From NCBI RefSeq assembly GCF_009914755.1, contig NC_060925.1: 64,000 nucleotides of DNA; one strand, written 5' to 3'. A program made the position numbers and the translations under genes. Source of the DNA: the human T2T-CHM13v2.0 reference genome, Homo sapiens. Of the stretch, positions 22,371 through 34,899 are shown piece after piece. Numbering within the stretch: the stretch's first letter is position 1; every line of letters starts with the position of its first letter. The notes under the pieces are model-generated. The model ran no database searches. It saw only the letters and a list, made by a program, of their open reading frames with translations, and was not told the DNA's origin.

Positions 22371-25300
22371 TCACAGAGTGGAACGATCCTTTACACAGAG
22401 CAGACTTGAAACACTCTTTTTGTGGAATTTGCAAGTGGAGATTTCAGCCGCTTTGAGGTCAATAGTGGAAAAGGAAATATCTTCGTAGAAAAACTAGACA
22501 GAATTATTCTCAGAAACTCCTTTGTGATGTGTGTGTTCAACTCACAGAGTTTAACCTTTCTTTTCATAGAGCAGTTAGTAAACACTCTGTTTATAAAGTC
22601 TGCAAGTGGATATTCAGACCCCTTTGAGGCCTTCGTTGGAAACGGGATTTCTTCATATTATTCTAGACAGAATAATTCTCAGTAACTTCCTTGTGTTGTG
22701 TGTATTCTACTCACAGAGTTGAACGATCCTTTACAGAGAGCAGACTTGAAACACTCTTTTTGTGGAATTTGCAAGTGGAGATTTCAGCCGCTTTGAGGTC
22801 AATGGTAGAATAGGAAATATCTTCCTATAGAAACTAGACAGAATGATTCTCATAAACTCCTTTGTGATGTGTGCGTTCAACTCACAGAGTTTAACCTTTC
22901 TTTTCATAGAGCAGTTAGGAAACACTCTGTTTGTAAAGTCTGCAAGTGGATATTCAGACCTCTTTGAGGCCTTCGTTGGAAACGGGATTTCTTCATATTC
23001 TGCTAGACAGAAGAATTCTCAGTAACTTCCTTGTGTTGTGTGTATTCAACTGACAGAGTTGAACTTTCATTTAGAGAGAGCAGATTTGAAACACTGTTTT
23101 TGTGGAATTTGCAAGTGGAGATTTCAAGCGCTTTGGGGCCAAAGGCAGAAAAGGAATTATCTTCGTATAAAAACTAGACAGAATCATTCTCAGAAACTGC
23201 TGCGTGATGTGTGCGTTCAACTCTCAGAGTTTAACTTTTCTTTTCATTCAGCGGTTTGGAAACACTCTGTTTGTAAAGTCTGCACGTGGATATTTTGACC
23301 ACATAGAGGCCTTCGTTGGAAACGGGTTTTTTTCATGTAAGGCTAGACAGAAGAATTCCCAGTAACTTCCTTGTGTTGTGTGCATTCCACTCACAGAGTT
23401 GAACGTTCCCTTAGACAGAGCAGATTTGAAACACTCTATTTGTGCAATTTGCAAGTGTAGATTTCAAGCTCTTTAAGGTCAATGGCAGAAAAGGAAATAT
23501 CTTCGTTTCAAAACTAGACAGAATCATTCCCACAAACTGCGTTGTGATGTGTTCGTTCAACTCACAGAGTTTAACCTTTCTGTTCATAGAGCAGTTAGGA
23601 AACACTCTGTTTGTAAAGTCTGTAAGTGGATATTCTGACATTTTGTGGCCTTCGTTGGAAATGGGATTTCTTCATATTCTCCTAGACAGAAGAATTCTCA
23701 GTAACTTCCTTGTGTTGTGTGTATTCAACTAACAGAGTTGAACGATCCTTTACACAGAGCAGACTTGAAACACTCTTTTTGTGGAATTTGCAAGTGGAGA
23801 TTTCAGCCGATTTGAGGTCAATGGTAGAAAAGGAAATATCTTCGAATAAAGACTAGACAGAATGATTCTCAGAAACTCCTTTTTGATGTGTGCGTTCAAC
23901 TCACAGAGTTTAACCTTTCTTTTCATAGAGCAGTTAGGAAACACTCTGTTTGTAAAGTCTGCAAGTGGATATTCAGACCTCCTTGAGGCCTTCGTTGGAA
24001 AAGGGATTTCTTCATATTCTGCTAGACAGAAGAATTCTCAGTAACTTCCTTGTGTTGTGTGTATTCAACTCACAGAGTTGAACGATCCTTTACCCAGAGC
24101 AGACTTGAAACACTCTTTTTGTGGAATTTGCAAGTGGAGATTTCAGCCGCTTTGAGGTCAATGGTAGAAAAGGAAATATCTTCGTATAAAGACTAGACAG
24201 AATGATTCTCAGAAACTCCTTTGTGATGTGTGCGTTCAACTCACAGAGTTTAACTTTTCTTTTCATAGAGCAGTTAGGAAACACTCTGTTTGTAAAGTCT
24301 GCAAGTGGATATTCAGACCTCTTTGAGGCCTTCGTTGGAAACGGGATTTCTTCATATTCTGCTAGACAGAAGAATTCTCAGTAACTTCCTTGTGTTGTGT
24401 GTATTCAACTCACAGAGTTGAACGATCCTTTACAGAGAGCAGATTTGAAACACTGTTTTTGTGGAATTTGCAAGTGGAGATTTCAAGCGCTTTGGGGCCA
24501 AAGGCAGAAAAGGAATTATCTTCGTATAAAAACTAGACAGAATCATTCTCAGAAACTGCTGCGTGATGTGTGCGTTCAACTCTCAGAGTTTAACTTTTCT
24601 TTTCATTCAGCGGTTTGGAAACACTCTGTTTGTAAAGTCTGCACGTGGATATTTTGACCACTTAGAGGTCTTCGTTGGAAACGGGTTTTTTGCATGTAAG
24701 GCTAGACAGAAGAATTCCCAGTAACTTCCTTGTGTTGTGTGCATTCAACTCACAGTGTTGAACGTTCCCTTAGACAGAGCAGATTTGAAACACTCTATTT
24801 GTGCAATTTGCAAGTGTATATTTCAAGCGCTTTAAGGTCAATGGCAGAAAACGAAATATCTTCGTTTCAAAACTAGACAGAATCATTCCCACAAACTGCG
24901 TTGTGATGTGTTCGTTCAACTCACAGAGTTTAACCTTTCTGTTCATAGAGCAGTTAGGAAACACTCTGTTTGTAAAGTCTGTAAGTGGATATTCTGACAT
25001 CTTGTGGCCTTCGTTGGAAACGGGATTTCTTCATATTCTGCTAGACAGAAGAATTCTCAGTAACTTCCTTGTGTTGTGTGTATTCAACTCACAGAGTTGA
25101 ACGATCCTTTACACAGAGCAGACTTGAAACACTCTTTTTGTGGAATTTGCAAGTGGAGATTTCAGCCGCTTTGAGGTCAATGGTAGAAAAGGAAATATCT
25201 TCGTATAAAGACTAGACAGAATGATTCTCAGAAACTCCTTTGTGATGTGGGCGTTCAACTCACAGAGTTTAACTTTTCTTTTCATAGAGCAGTTAGGAAA

Positions 25301-28300
25301 CACTCTGTTTGTAAAGTCTGCAAGTGGATATTCAGACCTCTTTGAGGCCTTCGTTGGAAACGGGATTTCTTCATATTATGCTAGACAGAATAATTCTCAG
25401 TAACTTCCTTGTGTTGTGTATTCAACTCACAGAGTTGAACGATCCTTTACAGAGAGCAGACTTGAAACACTCTTTTTGTGGAATTTGCAAGTGGAGATTT
25501 CAGCCGCTTTGAGGTCAATGGTAGAATAGGAAATATCTTCCTATAGAAACTAGACAGAATGATTCTCAGAAACTCCTTTGTGATGTGTGCGTTCAACTCA
25601 CAGAGTTTAACCTTTCTTTTCATAGAGCAGTTAGGAAACACTCTGTTTGTAAAGTCTGAAAGTGGATATTCAGACCTCTTTGAGGCCTTCGTTGGAAACG
25701 GGATTTCTTCATATTCTGCTAGACAGAAGAATTCTCAGTAACTTCCTTGTGTTGTGTGTATTCAACTGACAGAGTTGAACTTTCATTTAGAGAGAGCAGA
25801 TTTGAAACACTGTTTTTGTGGAATTTGCAAGTGGAGATTTCAAGCGCTTTGTGGCCAAATGTAGAAAAGGAAATATCTTCGTATAAAAACTAGACAGAAT
25901 CATTCTCAGAAACTGCTGCGTGATGTATGCGTTCCACTATCAGAGTTTAACTTTTCTTTTCATTCAGCGGTTTGGAAACACTCTGTTTGTAAAGTCTGCA
26001 CGTGGATATTTTGACCACTTAGAGGCCTTCGTTGGAAACGGGTTTTTTGCATGTAAGGCTAGACAGAAGAATTCCCAGTAACTTCCTTGTGTTGTGTGCA
26101 TTCAACTCACAGAGCTGAACGTTCCCTTAGACAGAGCAGATTTGAAACACTCTATTTGTGCAATTTGCAAGTGTAGATTTCAAGCGCTTTAAGGTCAATG
26201 GCAGAAAAGGAAATATCTTCGTTTCAAAACTAGACAGAATCATTCCCACAAACTGCGTTGTGATGTGTTCGTTCAACTCACAGAGTTTAACCTTTCTGTT
26301 CATAGAGCAGTTAGGAAACACTCTGTTTGTAAAGTCTGTAAGTGGATATTCTGACATCTTGTGGCCTTCGTTGGAAACGGGATTTCTTCATATTCTGCTA
26401 GACAGAAGAATTCTCAGTAACTTCCTTGTGTTGTGTGTATTCAACTCACAGAGTTGAACGATCCTTTACACAGAGCAGACTTGAAACACACTTTTTGTGG
26501 AATTTGCAAGTGGAGTTTTCAGCCGCTTTGAGGTCAATGGTAGAAAAGGAAATATCTTCGTATAAAGACTAGACAGAATGATTCTCAGAAACTCCTTTGT
26601 GATGTGTGCGTTCAACTCACAGAGTTTAACTTTTCTTTTCATAGAGCAGTTAGGAAACACTCTGTTTGTAAAGTCTGCAAGTGGATATTCAGAACTCTTT
26701 GAGGCCTTCGTTGGAAACGGGATTTCTTCATATTCTGCTAGACAGAAGAATTCTCAGTAACTTCCTTGTGTTCTGTGTATTCAACTCACAGAGTTGAACG
26801 ATCCTTTACACAGAGCAGACTTGAAACACTCTTTTTGTGGAATTTGCAAGTGGAGATTTCAGCCGCTTTGAGGTCAATGGTAGAAAAGGAAATATCTTCG
26901 TCTAAAGACTAGACAGAATGATTCTCATAAACTCCTTTGTGATGTGTGCGTTCAATTCACAGAGTTTAACCTTTCTTTTCATAGAGCAGTTAGGAAACAC
27001 TCTGTTTGTAAAGTCTGCAAGTGGATATTCAGACCTCCTTGAGGCCTTCGTTTGAAACGGGATTTCTTCATATTCTGCTAGACAGAAGAATTCTCAGTAA
27101 CTTCCTTGTGTTGTGTGTATTCAACTCAGAGAGTTGAACGATCCTTTACACAGAGCAGACTTGAAACACTCTTTTTGTGGAATTTGCAAGTGGAGATTAC
27201 AGCCGCTTTAAGGTCAATGGTAGAAAAGGAAACTATCTTCGTATAAAGACTAGACAGAATGATTCTCAGAAAATCCTTTGTGATGTGTGCGTTCAACTCA
27301 CAGAGTTTAACTTTTCTTTTCATAGAGCAGTTAGGAAACACTCTGTTTGTAAAGTCTGCAAGTGGATAATCAGACCTCTTTGAGGCCTTCGTTGGAAACG
27401 GGATTTCTTCATATTATGCTAGACAGAATAATTCTCAGTAACTTCCTTGTGTTGTGTGTATTCAACTCACAGAGTTGAACGATCCTTTACAGAGAGCAGA
27501 CTTGAAACACTCTTTTTGTGGAATTTGCAAGTGGAGATTTCAGCCGCGTTGAGGTCAATGGTAGAATAGGAAATATCTTCCTATAGAAACTAGACAGAAT
27601 GATTCTCAGAAACTCCTTTGTGATGTGTGCGTTCAACTCACAGAGTTTAACCTTTCTTTTCATAGAGCAGTTAGGAAACACTCTGTTTGTAAAGTCTGCA
27701 AGTGGATATTCAGACCTCTTTGAAGCCTTCGATGGAAACGGGATTTCTTCATATTCTGCTAGACAGAAGAATTCTCAGTAACTTCCTTGTGTTGTGTGTA
27801 TTCAACTCACAGATTTGAACGATCCTTTACAGAGAGCAGACTTGAAACACTCTTTTTGTGGAATTTGCAAGTGGAGATTTCAGCCGCTTTGAGGTCAATA
27901 GTAGAAAAGGAAATATCTTCGTAGAAAAACTAGACAGAATGATTCTCAGAAACTCCTTTGTGATGTGTGTGTTCAACTCACAGAGTTTAACCTTTCTTTT
28001 CATAGAGCAGTTAGTAAACACTCTGTTTATAAAGTCTGCAAGTGGATATTCAGACCCCTTGGAGGCCTTCGTTGGAAACGGGATTTCTTCATATTATGCT
28101 AGACAGAAGAATTCTCAGTAACTTCCTTGTGTTGTGTGTATTCAACTGACAGAGTTGAACTTTCATTTAGAGAGAGCAGATTTGAAACACTGTTTTTGTG
28201 GAATTTGCAAGTGGAGATTTCAAGCGCTTTGGGGCCAAAGGCAGAAAAGGAAATATCTTCGTTTAAAAACTAGACAGAATCATTCTCAGAAACTGCTGCG

Positions 28301-30499
28301 TGATGTGTGCGTGCAACTCTCAGAGTTTAACTTTTCTTTTCATTCAGCGGTTTGGAAGCACTCTGTTTGTAAAGTCTGCACGTGGATATTTTGACCACTT
28401 AGAGGCCTTCGTTGGAAACGGGTTTTTTTCATGTAAGGCTAGACAGAAGAATTCCCAGTAACTTCCTTGTGTTGTGTGCATTCAACTCACAGAGTTGAAC
28501 GTTCCCTTACACAGAGCAGATTTGAAACACTCTATTTGTGCAATTTGCAAGTGTAGATTTCAAGCGCTTTAAGGTCAATGGCAGAAAAGGAAATATCTTC
28601 GTTTCAAAACTAGACAGAATCATTCCCACAAACTGCGTTGTGATGTGTTCGTTCAACTCACAGAGTTTAACCTTTCTGTTCATAGAGCAGTTAGGAAACA
28701 CTCTGTTTGTAATGTCTGTATGTGGATATTCTGACATCTTGTGGCCTTCGTTGGAAACGGGATTTCTTCATATTCTGCTAGACAGAAGAATTCTCAGTAA
28801 CTTCCTTGTGTTGTGTGTATTCAACTCACAGAGTTGAACGATCCTTTACACAGAGCAGACTTGAAACACTCTTTTTGTGGAATTTGCAAGTGGAGATTTC
28901 AGCCGCTTTGAGGTCAATGGTAGAAAAGGAAATATCTTCGTATAAAGACTAGACAGAATGATTCTCAGAAACTCCTTTGTGATGTGTGCGTTCAACTCAC
29001 AGAGTTTAACTTTTCTTTTCATAGAGCAGTTAGGAAACACTCTGTTTGTAAAGTCTGCAAGTGGATATTCACACCTCTTTGAGGCCTTCGTTGGAAACGG
29101 GATTTCTTCATATTCTGCTAGACAGAGGAATTCTCAGTAACTTCCTTGTGTTGTGTGTATTCAACTCACAGAGTTGAACGATCCTTTACACAGAGCAGAC
29201 TTGAAACACTCTTTTTGTGGAATTTGCAAGTGGAGATTTCAGCCGCTTTGAGGTCAATGGTAGAAAAGGAAATATCTTCTTATAAAGACTAGACAGAAAG
29301 ATTCTCAGAAACTCCTTTGTGATGTGTGCGTTCAACTCACAGAGTTTAACTTTTCTTTTCATAGAGCAGTTAGGAAACACTCTGATTGTAAAGTCTGCAA
29401 GTGGATATTCAGACCTCTTTGAGGCCTTCGTTGGAAACGGGATTTCTTCATATTCAGCTAGACAGAATAATTCTCAGTAACTTCCTTGTGTTGTGTGTAT
29501 TCAACTCACAGAGCTGAACGATCCTTTACAGAGAGCAGACTTGAAACACTCTTTTTGTGGAATTTGCAAGTGGAGATTTCAGCCGCTTTGAGGTCAATGT
29601 TAGAATAAGAAATATCTTCCTATAGAAACTAGACAGAATGATTCTCAGAAACTCCTTTGTGATGTGTGTGTTCAACTCACAGAGTTTAACCTTTCTTTTC
29701 ATAGAGCAGTTAGTAAACACTCTGTTTATAAAGTCTGCAAGTGGATATTCAGACCCCTTTGAGGCCTTCGTTGGAAACGGGATTTCTTCATATTATGCTA
29801 GACAGAAGAATTCTCAGTAACTTCCTTGTGTTGTGTGTATTCAACTGACAGAGTTGAACTTTCATTTAGAGAGAGCAGATTTGAAACACTGTTTTTGTGG
29901 AATTTGCAAGTGGAGATTTCAAGCGCTTTGGGGCCAAAGGCAGAAAAGGAAATACCTTCGTATAAAAACTAGACAGAATCATTCTCAGAAACTGCTGCGT
30001 GATGTGTGCGTTCAACTCTCAGAGTTTAACTTTTCTTTTCATTCAGCGGTTTGGAAACACTCTGTTTGTAAAGTCTGCACGTGGATATTTTGACCACTTA
30101 GAGGCCTTCGTTGGAAACGGGTTTTCTGCATGTAAGGCTAGACAGAAGAATTCCCAGTAACTTCCTTGTGTTGTGTGCATTCAACTCACAGAGTTGAGCG
30201 TTCCCTTAGACAGAGCAGATTTGAAACACTCTATTTGTGCAATTTGCAAGTGTAGATTTCAAGCGCTTTAAGGTCAATGGCAGAAAAGGAAATATCTTCG
30301 TTTCAAAACTAGACAGAATCATTCCCACAAACTGCGTTGTGATGTGTTCGTTCAACTCACAGAGTTTAACCTTTCTGTTCATAGAGCAGTTAGGAAACAC
30401 TCTGTTTGTAAAGTCTGTAAGTGGATATTCTGACATCTTGTGGCCTTCGTTGGAAACGGGATTTCTTCATATTCTGCTAGACAGAAGAATTCTCAGTAA

Positions 30500-33400
30500 C
30501 TTCCTTGTGTTGTGTGTATTCAACTCACAGAGTTGAACGATCCTTTACACAGAGCAGACTTGAAACACTCTTTTTGTGGAATTTGCAAGTGGAGATTTCG
30601 GCCGCTTTGAGGTCAATGGTAGAAAAGGAAATATCTTCGTATAAAGACTAGACAGAATGATTCTCAGAAACTCCTTTGTGATGTGTGCGTTCAAATCACA
30701 GAGTTTAACCTTTCTTTTCATAGAGCAGTTAGGAAACACTCTGTAAAGTCTGCAAGTGGATATTCAGACCTCCTTGAGGCCTTCGTTGGAAACGGGATTT
30801 CTTCATATTCTGCTAGACAGAAGAATTCTCAGTAATTTCCTTGTGTTGTGTGTATTCAACTCACAGAGTTGAACGATCCTTTACACAGAGCAGACTTGAA
30901 ACACTCTTTTTGTGGAATTTGCAAGTGGAGATTTCAGCCGCTTTGAGGTCAATGGTAGAAAAGTAAATATCTTCGTATAAAAACTAGACAGAACGATTCT
31001 CAGAAACTCCTTTGTGATGTGTGCGTTCAACTCACAGAGTTTAACTTTTCTTTTCATAGAGCAGTTAGGAAACACTCTGTTTGTAAAGTCTGCAAGTGGA
31101 TATTCAGACCTCTTTGAGGCCTTCGTTGGAAACGGGATTTCTTCATATTATGCTAGACAGAATAATTCTCAGTAACTTCCTTGTGTTGTGTGTATTCAAC
31201 TCACAGAGTTGAACGATCCTTTACAGAGAGCAGACTTGAAACACTCTTTTTGTGGAATTTGCAAGTGGAGATTTCAGCCGCTTTGAGGTCAATGGTAGAA
31301 TAGGAAATATCTTCCTACAGAAACTAGGCAGAATGATTCTCATAAACTCCTTTGTGATGTGGGCGTTCAACTCACAGAGTTTAACCTTTCTTTTCATAGA
31401 GCAGTTAGGAAACACTCTGTTTGTAAAGTCTGCAAGTGGATATTCAGACCTCTTTGAGGCCTTCGTTGGAAACGGGATTTCTTCATATTCTGCTAGACAG
31501 AAGAATTCTCAGTAACTTCCTTGTGTTGTGTGTATTCAACTCACAGAGTTGAACGATCCTTTACACAGAGCAGTCTTGAAACACTCTTTTTGTGGAATTT
31601 GCAAGTGGAGATTTCAGCCGCTTTGAGGTCAATGGTAGAAAAGGAAATATCTTCGTATAAAGACTAGACAGAATGTTTCTCAGAAACTCCTTTCTGATGT
31701 GTGCGTTCAACTCGCAGAATTTAAGTTTTCTTTTCATAGAGCAGTTAGGAAACACTCTGTTTGTAAAGTCTGCAAGTGGATATTCAGACCTCTTTGAGGC
31801 CTTCGTTGGAAACGGGATTTCTTCATATTATGCTAGACAGAATAATTCTCAGTAACTTCCTTGTGTTGTGTGTATTCAACTCACAGAGTTGAACGATCCT
31901 TTACACAGAGCAGACTTGAAACACTGTTTTTGTGGAATTTGCAAGTGGAGATTTCGGCCGCTTTGAGGTCAATGGTAGAAAAGGAAATATCTTCGTATAA
32001 AGACTAGACAGAATGATTCTCAGAAACTCCTTTGTGATGTGTGCGTTCAAATCACAGAGTTTAACCTTTCTTTTCATAGAGCAGTTAGGAAACACTCTGT
32101 AAAGTCTGCAAGTGGATATTCAGACCTCCTTGAGGCCTTCGTTGGAAACGGGATTTCTTCATATTCTGCTAGACAGAAGAATTCTCAGTAATTTCCTTGT
32201 GTTGTGTGTATTCAACTCACAGAGTTGAACGATCCTTTACACAGAGCAGACTTGAAACACTCTTTTTGTGGAATTTGCAAGTGGAGATTTCAGCCGCTTT
32301 GAGGTCAATGGTAGAAAAGTAAATATCTTCGTATAAAAACTAGACAGAACGATTCTCAGAAACTCCTTTGTGATGTGTGCGTTCAACTCACAGAGTTTAA
32401 CTTTTCTTTTCATAGAGCAGTTAGGAAACACTCTGTTTGTAAAGTCTGCAAGTGGATATTCAGACCTCTTTGAGGCCTTCGTTGGAAACGGGATTTCTTC
32501 ATATTATGCTAGACAGAATAATTCTCAGTAACTTCCTTGTGTTGTGTGTATTCAACTCACAGAGTTGAACGATCCTTTACAGAGAGCAGACTTGAAACAC
32601 TCTTTTTGTGGAATTTGCAAGTGGAGATTTCAGCCGCTTTGAGGTCAATGGTAGAATAGGAAATATCTTCCTACAGAAACTAGGCAGAATGATTCTCATA
32701 AACTCCTTTGTGATGTGGGCGTTCAACTCACAGAGTTTAACCTTTCTTTTCATAGAGCAGTTAGGAAACACTCTGTTTGTAAAGTCTGCAAGTGGATATT
32801 CAGACCTCTTTGAGGCCTTCGTTGGAAACGGGATTTCTTCATATTCTGCTAGACAGAAGAATTCTCAGTAACTTCCTTGTGTTGTGTGTATTCAACTCAC
32901 AGAGTTGAACGATCCTTTACACAGAGCAGTCTTGAAACACTCTTTTTGTGGAATTTGCAAGTGGAGATTTCAGCCGCTTTGAGGTCAATGGTAGAAAAGG
33001 AAATATCTTCGTATAAAGACTAGACAGAATGTTTCTCAGAAACTCCTTTCTGATGTGTGCGTTCAACTCGCAGAATTTAAGTTTTCTTTTCATAGAGCAG
33101 TTAGGAAACACTCTGTTTGTAAAGTCTGCAAGTGGATATTCAGACCTCTTTGAGGCCTTCGTTGGAAACGGGATTTCTTCATATTATGCTAGACAGAATA
33201 ATTCTCAGTAACTTCCTTGTGTTGTGTGTATTCAACTCAAAGAGTTGAACGATCCTTTACAGAGAGCAGACTTGAAACACTCTTTTTGTGGAATTTGCAA
33301 GTGGAGATTTCAGCCGCTTTGAGGTCAATGGTAGAAAAGGAAATATCTTCGTATAAAGACTAGACAGAATGTTTCTCAGAAACTCCTTTCTGATGTGTGC

Positions 33401-33560
33401 GTTCAACTCGCAGAATTTAAGTTTTCTTTTCATAGAGCAGTTAGGAAACACTCTGTTTGTAAAGTCTGCAAGTGGATATTCAAACCTCTTTGAGGCCTTC
33501 GTTGGAAACGGGATTTCTTCATATTATGCTAGACAGAATAATTCTCAGTAACTTCCTTGT
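30500..33560 (+). repeat. Tandem duplication, period 1356 bp (4 D dimers), followed by an extra copy of its last dimer
   Basis: ORF pairs 30545/31901, 30881/32237, 31221/32577, 31561/32917, then 32917/33257. Markers: TTTCGGCCG, 4-bp deletion CTCTGTAAAG, CCTACAGAAACTAGGC, AATGTTTCTC...CTCGCAGAATTTAAG. Confidence 0.92.
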
Positions 33561-34899
33561 GTTGTGTGTATTCAACTCACAGAGTTGAACGATCCTTTAC
33601 AGAGAGCAGACTTGAAACACTTTTTGTGGAATTTGCAAGTGGAGATTTCAGCCGCTTTGGGGTCAAAGGTAGAATAGGAAATATCTTCCTATAGAAACTA
33701 GACAGAATGATTCTCAGAAACTCCTTTGTGATGTGTGCGTTCAACTCACAGAGTTTAACCTTTCTTTTCATAGAGCAGTTAGGAAACACTCTGTTTGTAA
33801 AGTCTGCAAGTGGATATTCAGACCTGCTTGAGGCCTTCGTTGGAAACGGGATTTCTTCATATTATGCTAGACAGAAGAATTCTCAGTAACTTCCTTGTGT
33901 TGTGTGTATTCAACTCACAGAGTTGAACGACCCTTTACAGAGAGCAGACTTGAAACACTCTTTTTGTGGAATTTGCAAGTGGAGATTTCAGCCGCTTGAG
34001 GTCAATGGTAGAAAAGGAAATATCTTCGTAGAAAAACTAGACAGAATGATTCTCAGAAACTCCTTTGTGATGTGTGTGTTCAACTCACAGAGTTTAACCT
34101 TTCTTTTCATAGAGCAGTTAGTAAACACTCTGTTTATAAAGTCTGCAAGTGGATATTCAGACCCCTTTGAGGCCTTCGTTGGAAACGGGATTTCTTCATA
34201 TTATGCTAGACAGAAGAATTCTCAGTAACTTCCTTGTGTTGTGTGTATTCAACTGACAGAGTTGAACTTTCATTTAGAGAGAGCAGATTTGAAACACTGT
34301 TTTTGTGGAATTTGCAAGTGGAGATTTCAAGCGCTTTGGGGCCAAAGGCAGAAAACGAAATATCTTCGTATAAAAACTAGACAGAAGCATTCTCAGAAAC
34401 TGCTGCGTGATGTGTGCGTTCAACTCTCAGAGTTTAACTTTTCTTTTCATTCAGCGGTTTGGAAACACTCTGTTTGTAAAGTCTGCACGTGGATATTTTG
34501 ACCACTTAGAGGCCTTCGTTGGAAACGGGTTTTTTGCAAGTAAGGCTAGACAGAAGAATTCCCAGTAACTTCCTTGTGTTGTGTGCATTCAACTCACAGA
34601 GTTGCGCGTTCCCTTAGACAGAGCAGATTTGAAACACTCTATTTGTGCAATTTGCAAGTGTAGATTTCAAGCGCTTTAAGGTCAATGGCAGAAAAGGAAA
34701 TATCTTCGTTTCAAAACTAGACAGAATCATTCCCACAAACTGCGTTGTGATGTGTTCGTTCAACTCACAGAGTTTAACCTTTCTGTTCATAGAGCAGTTA
34801 GGAAACACTCTGTTTGTAAAGTCTGTAAGTGGATATTCTGACATCTTGTGGCCATCGTTGGAAACGGGATTTCTTCATATTCTGCTAGACAGAAGAATT

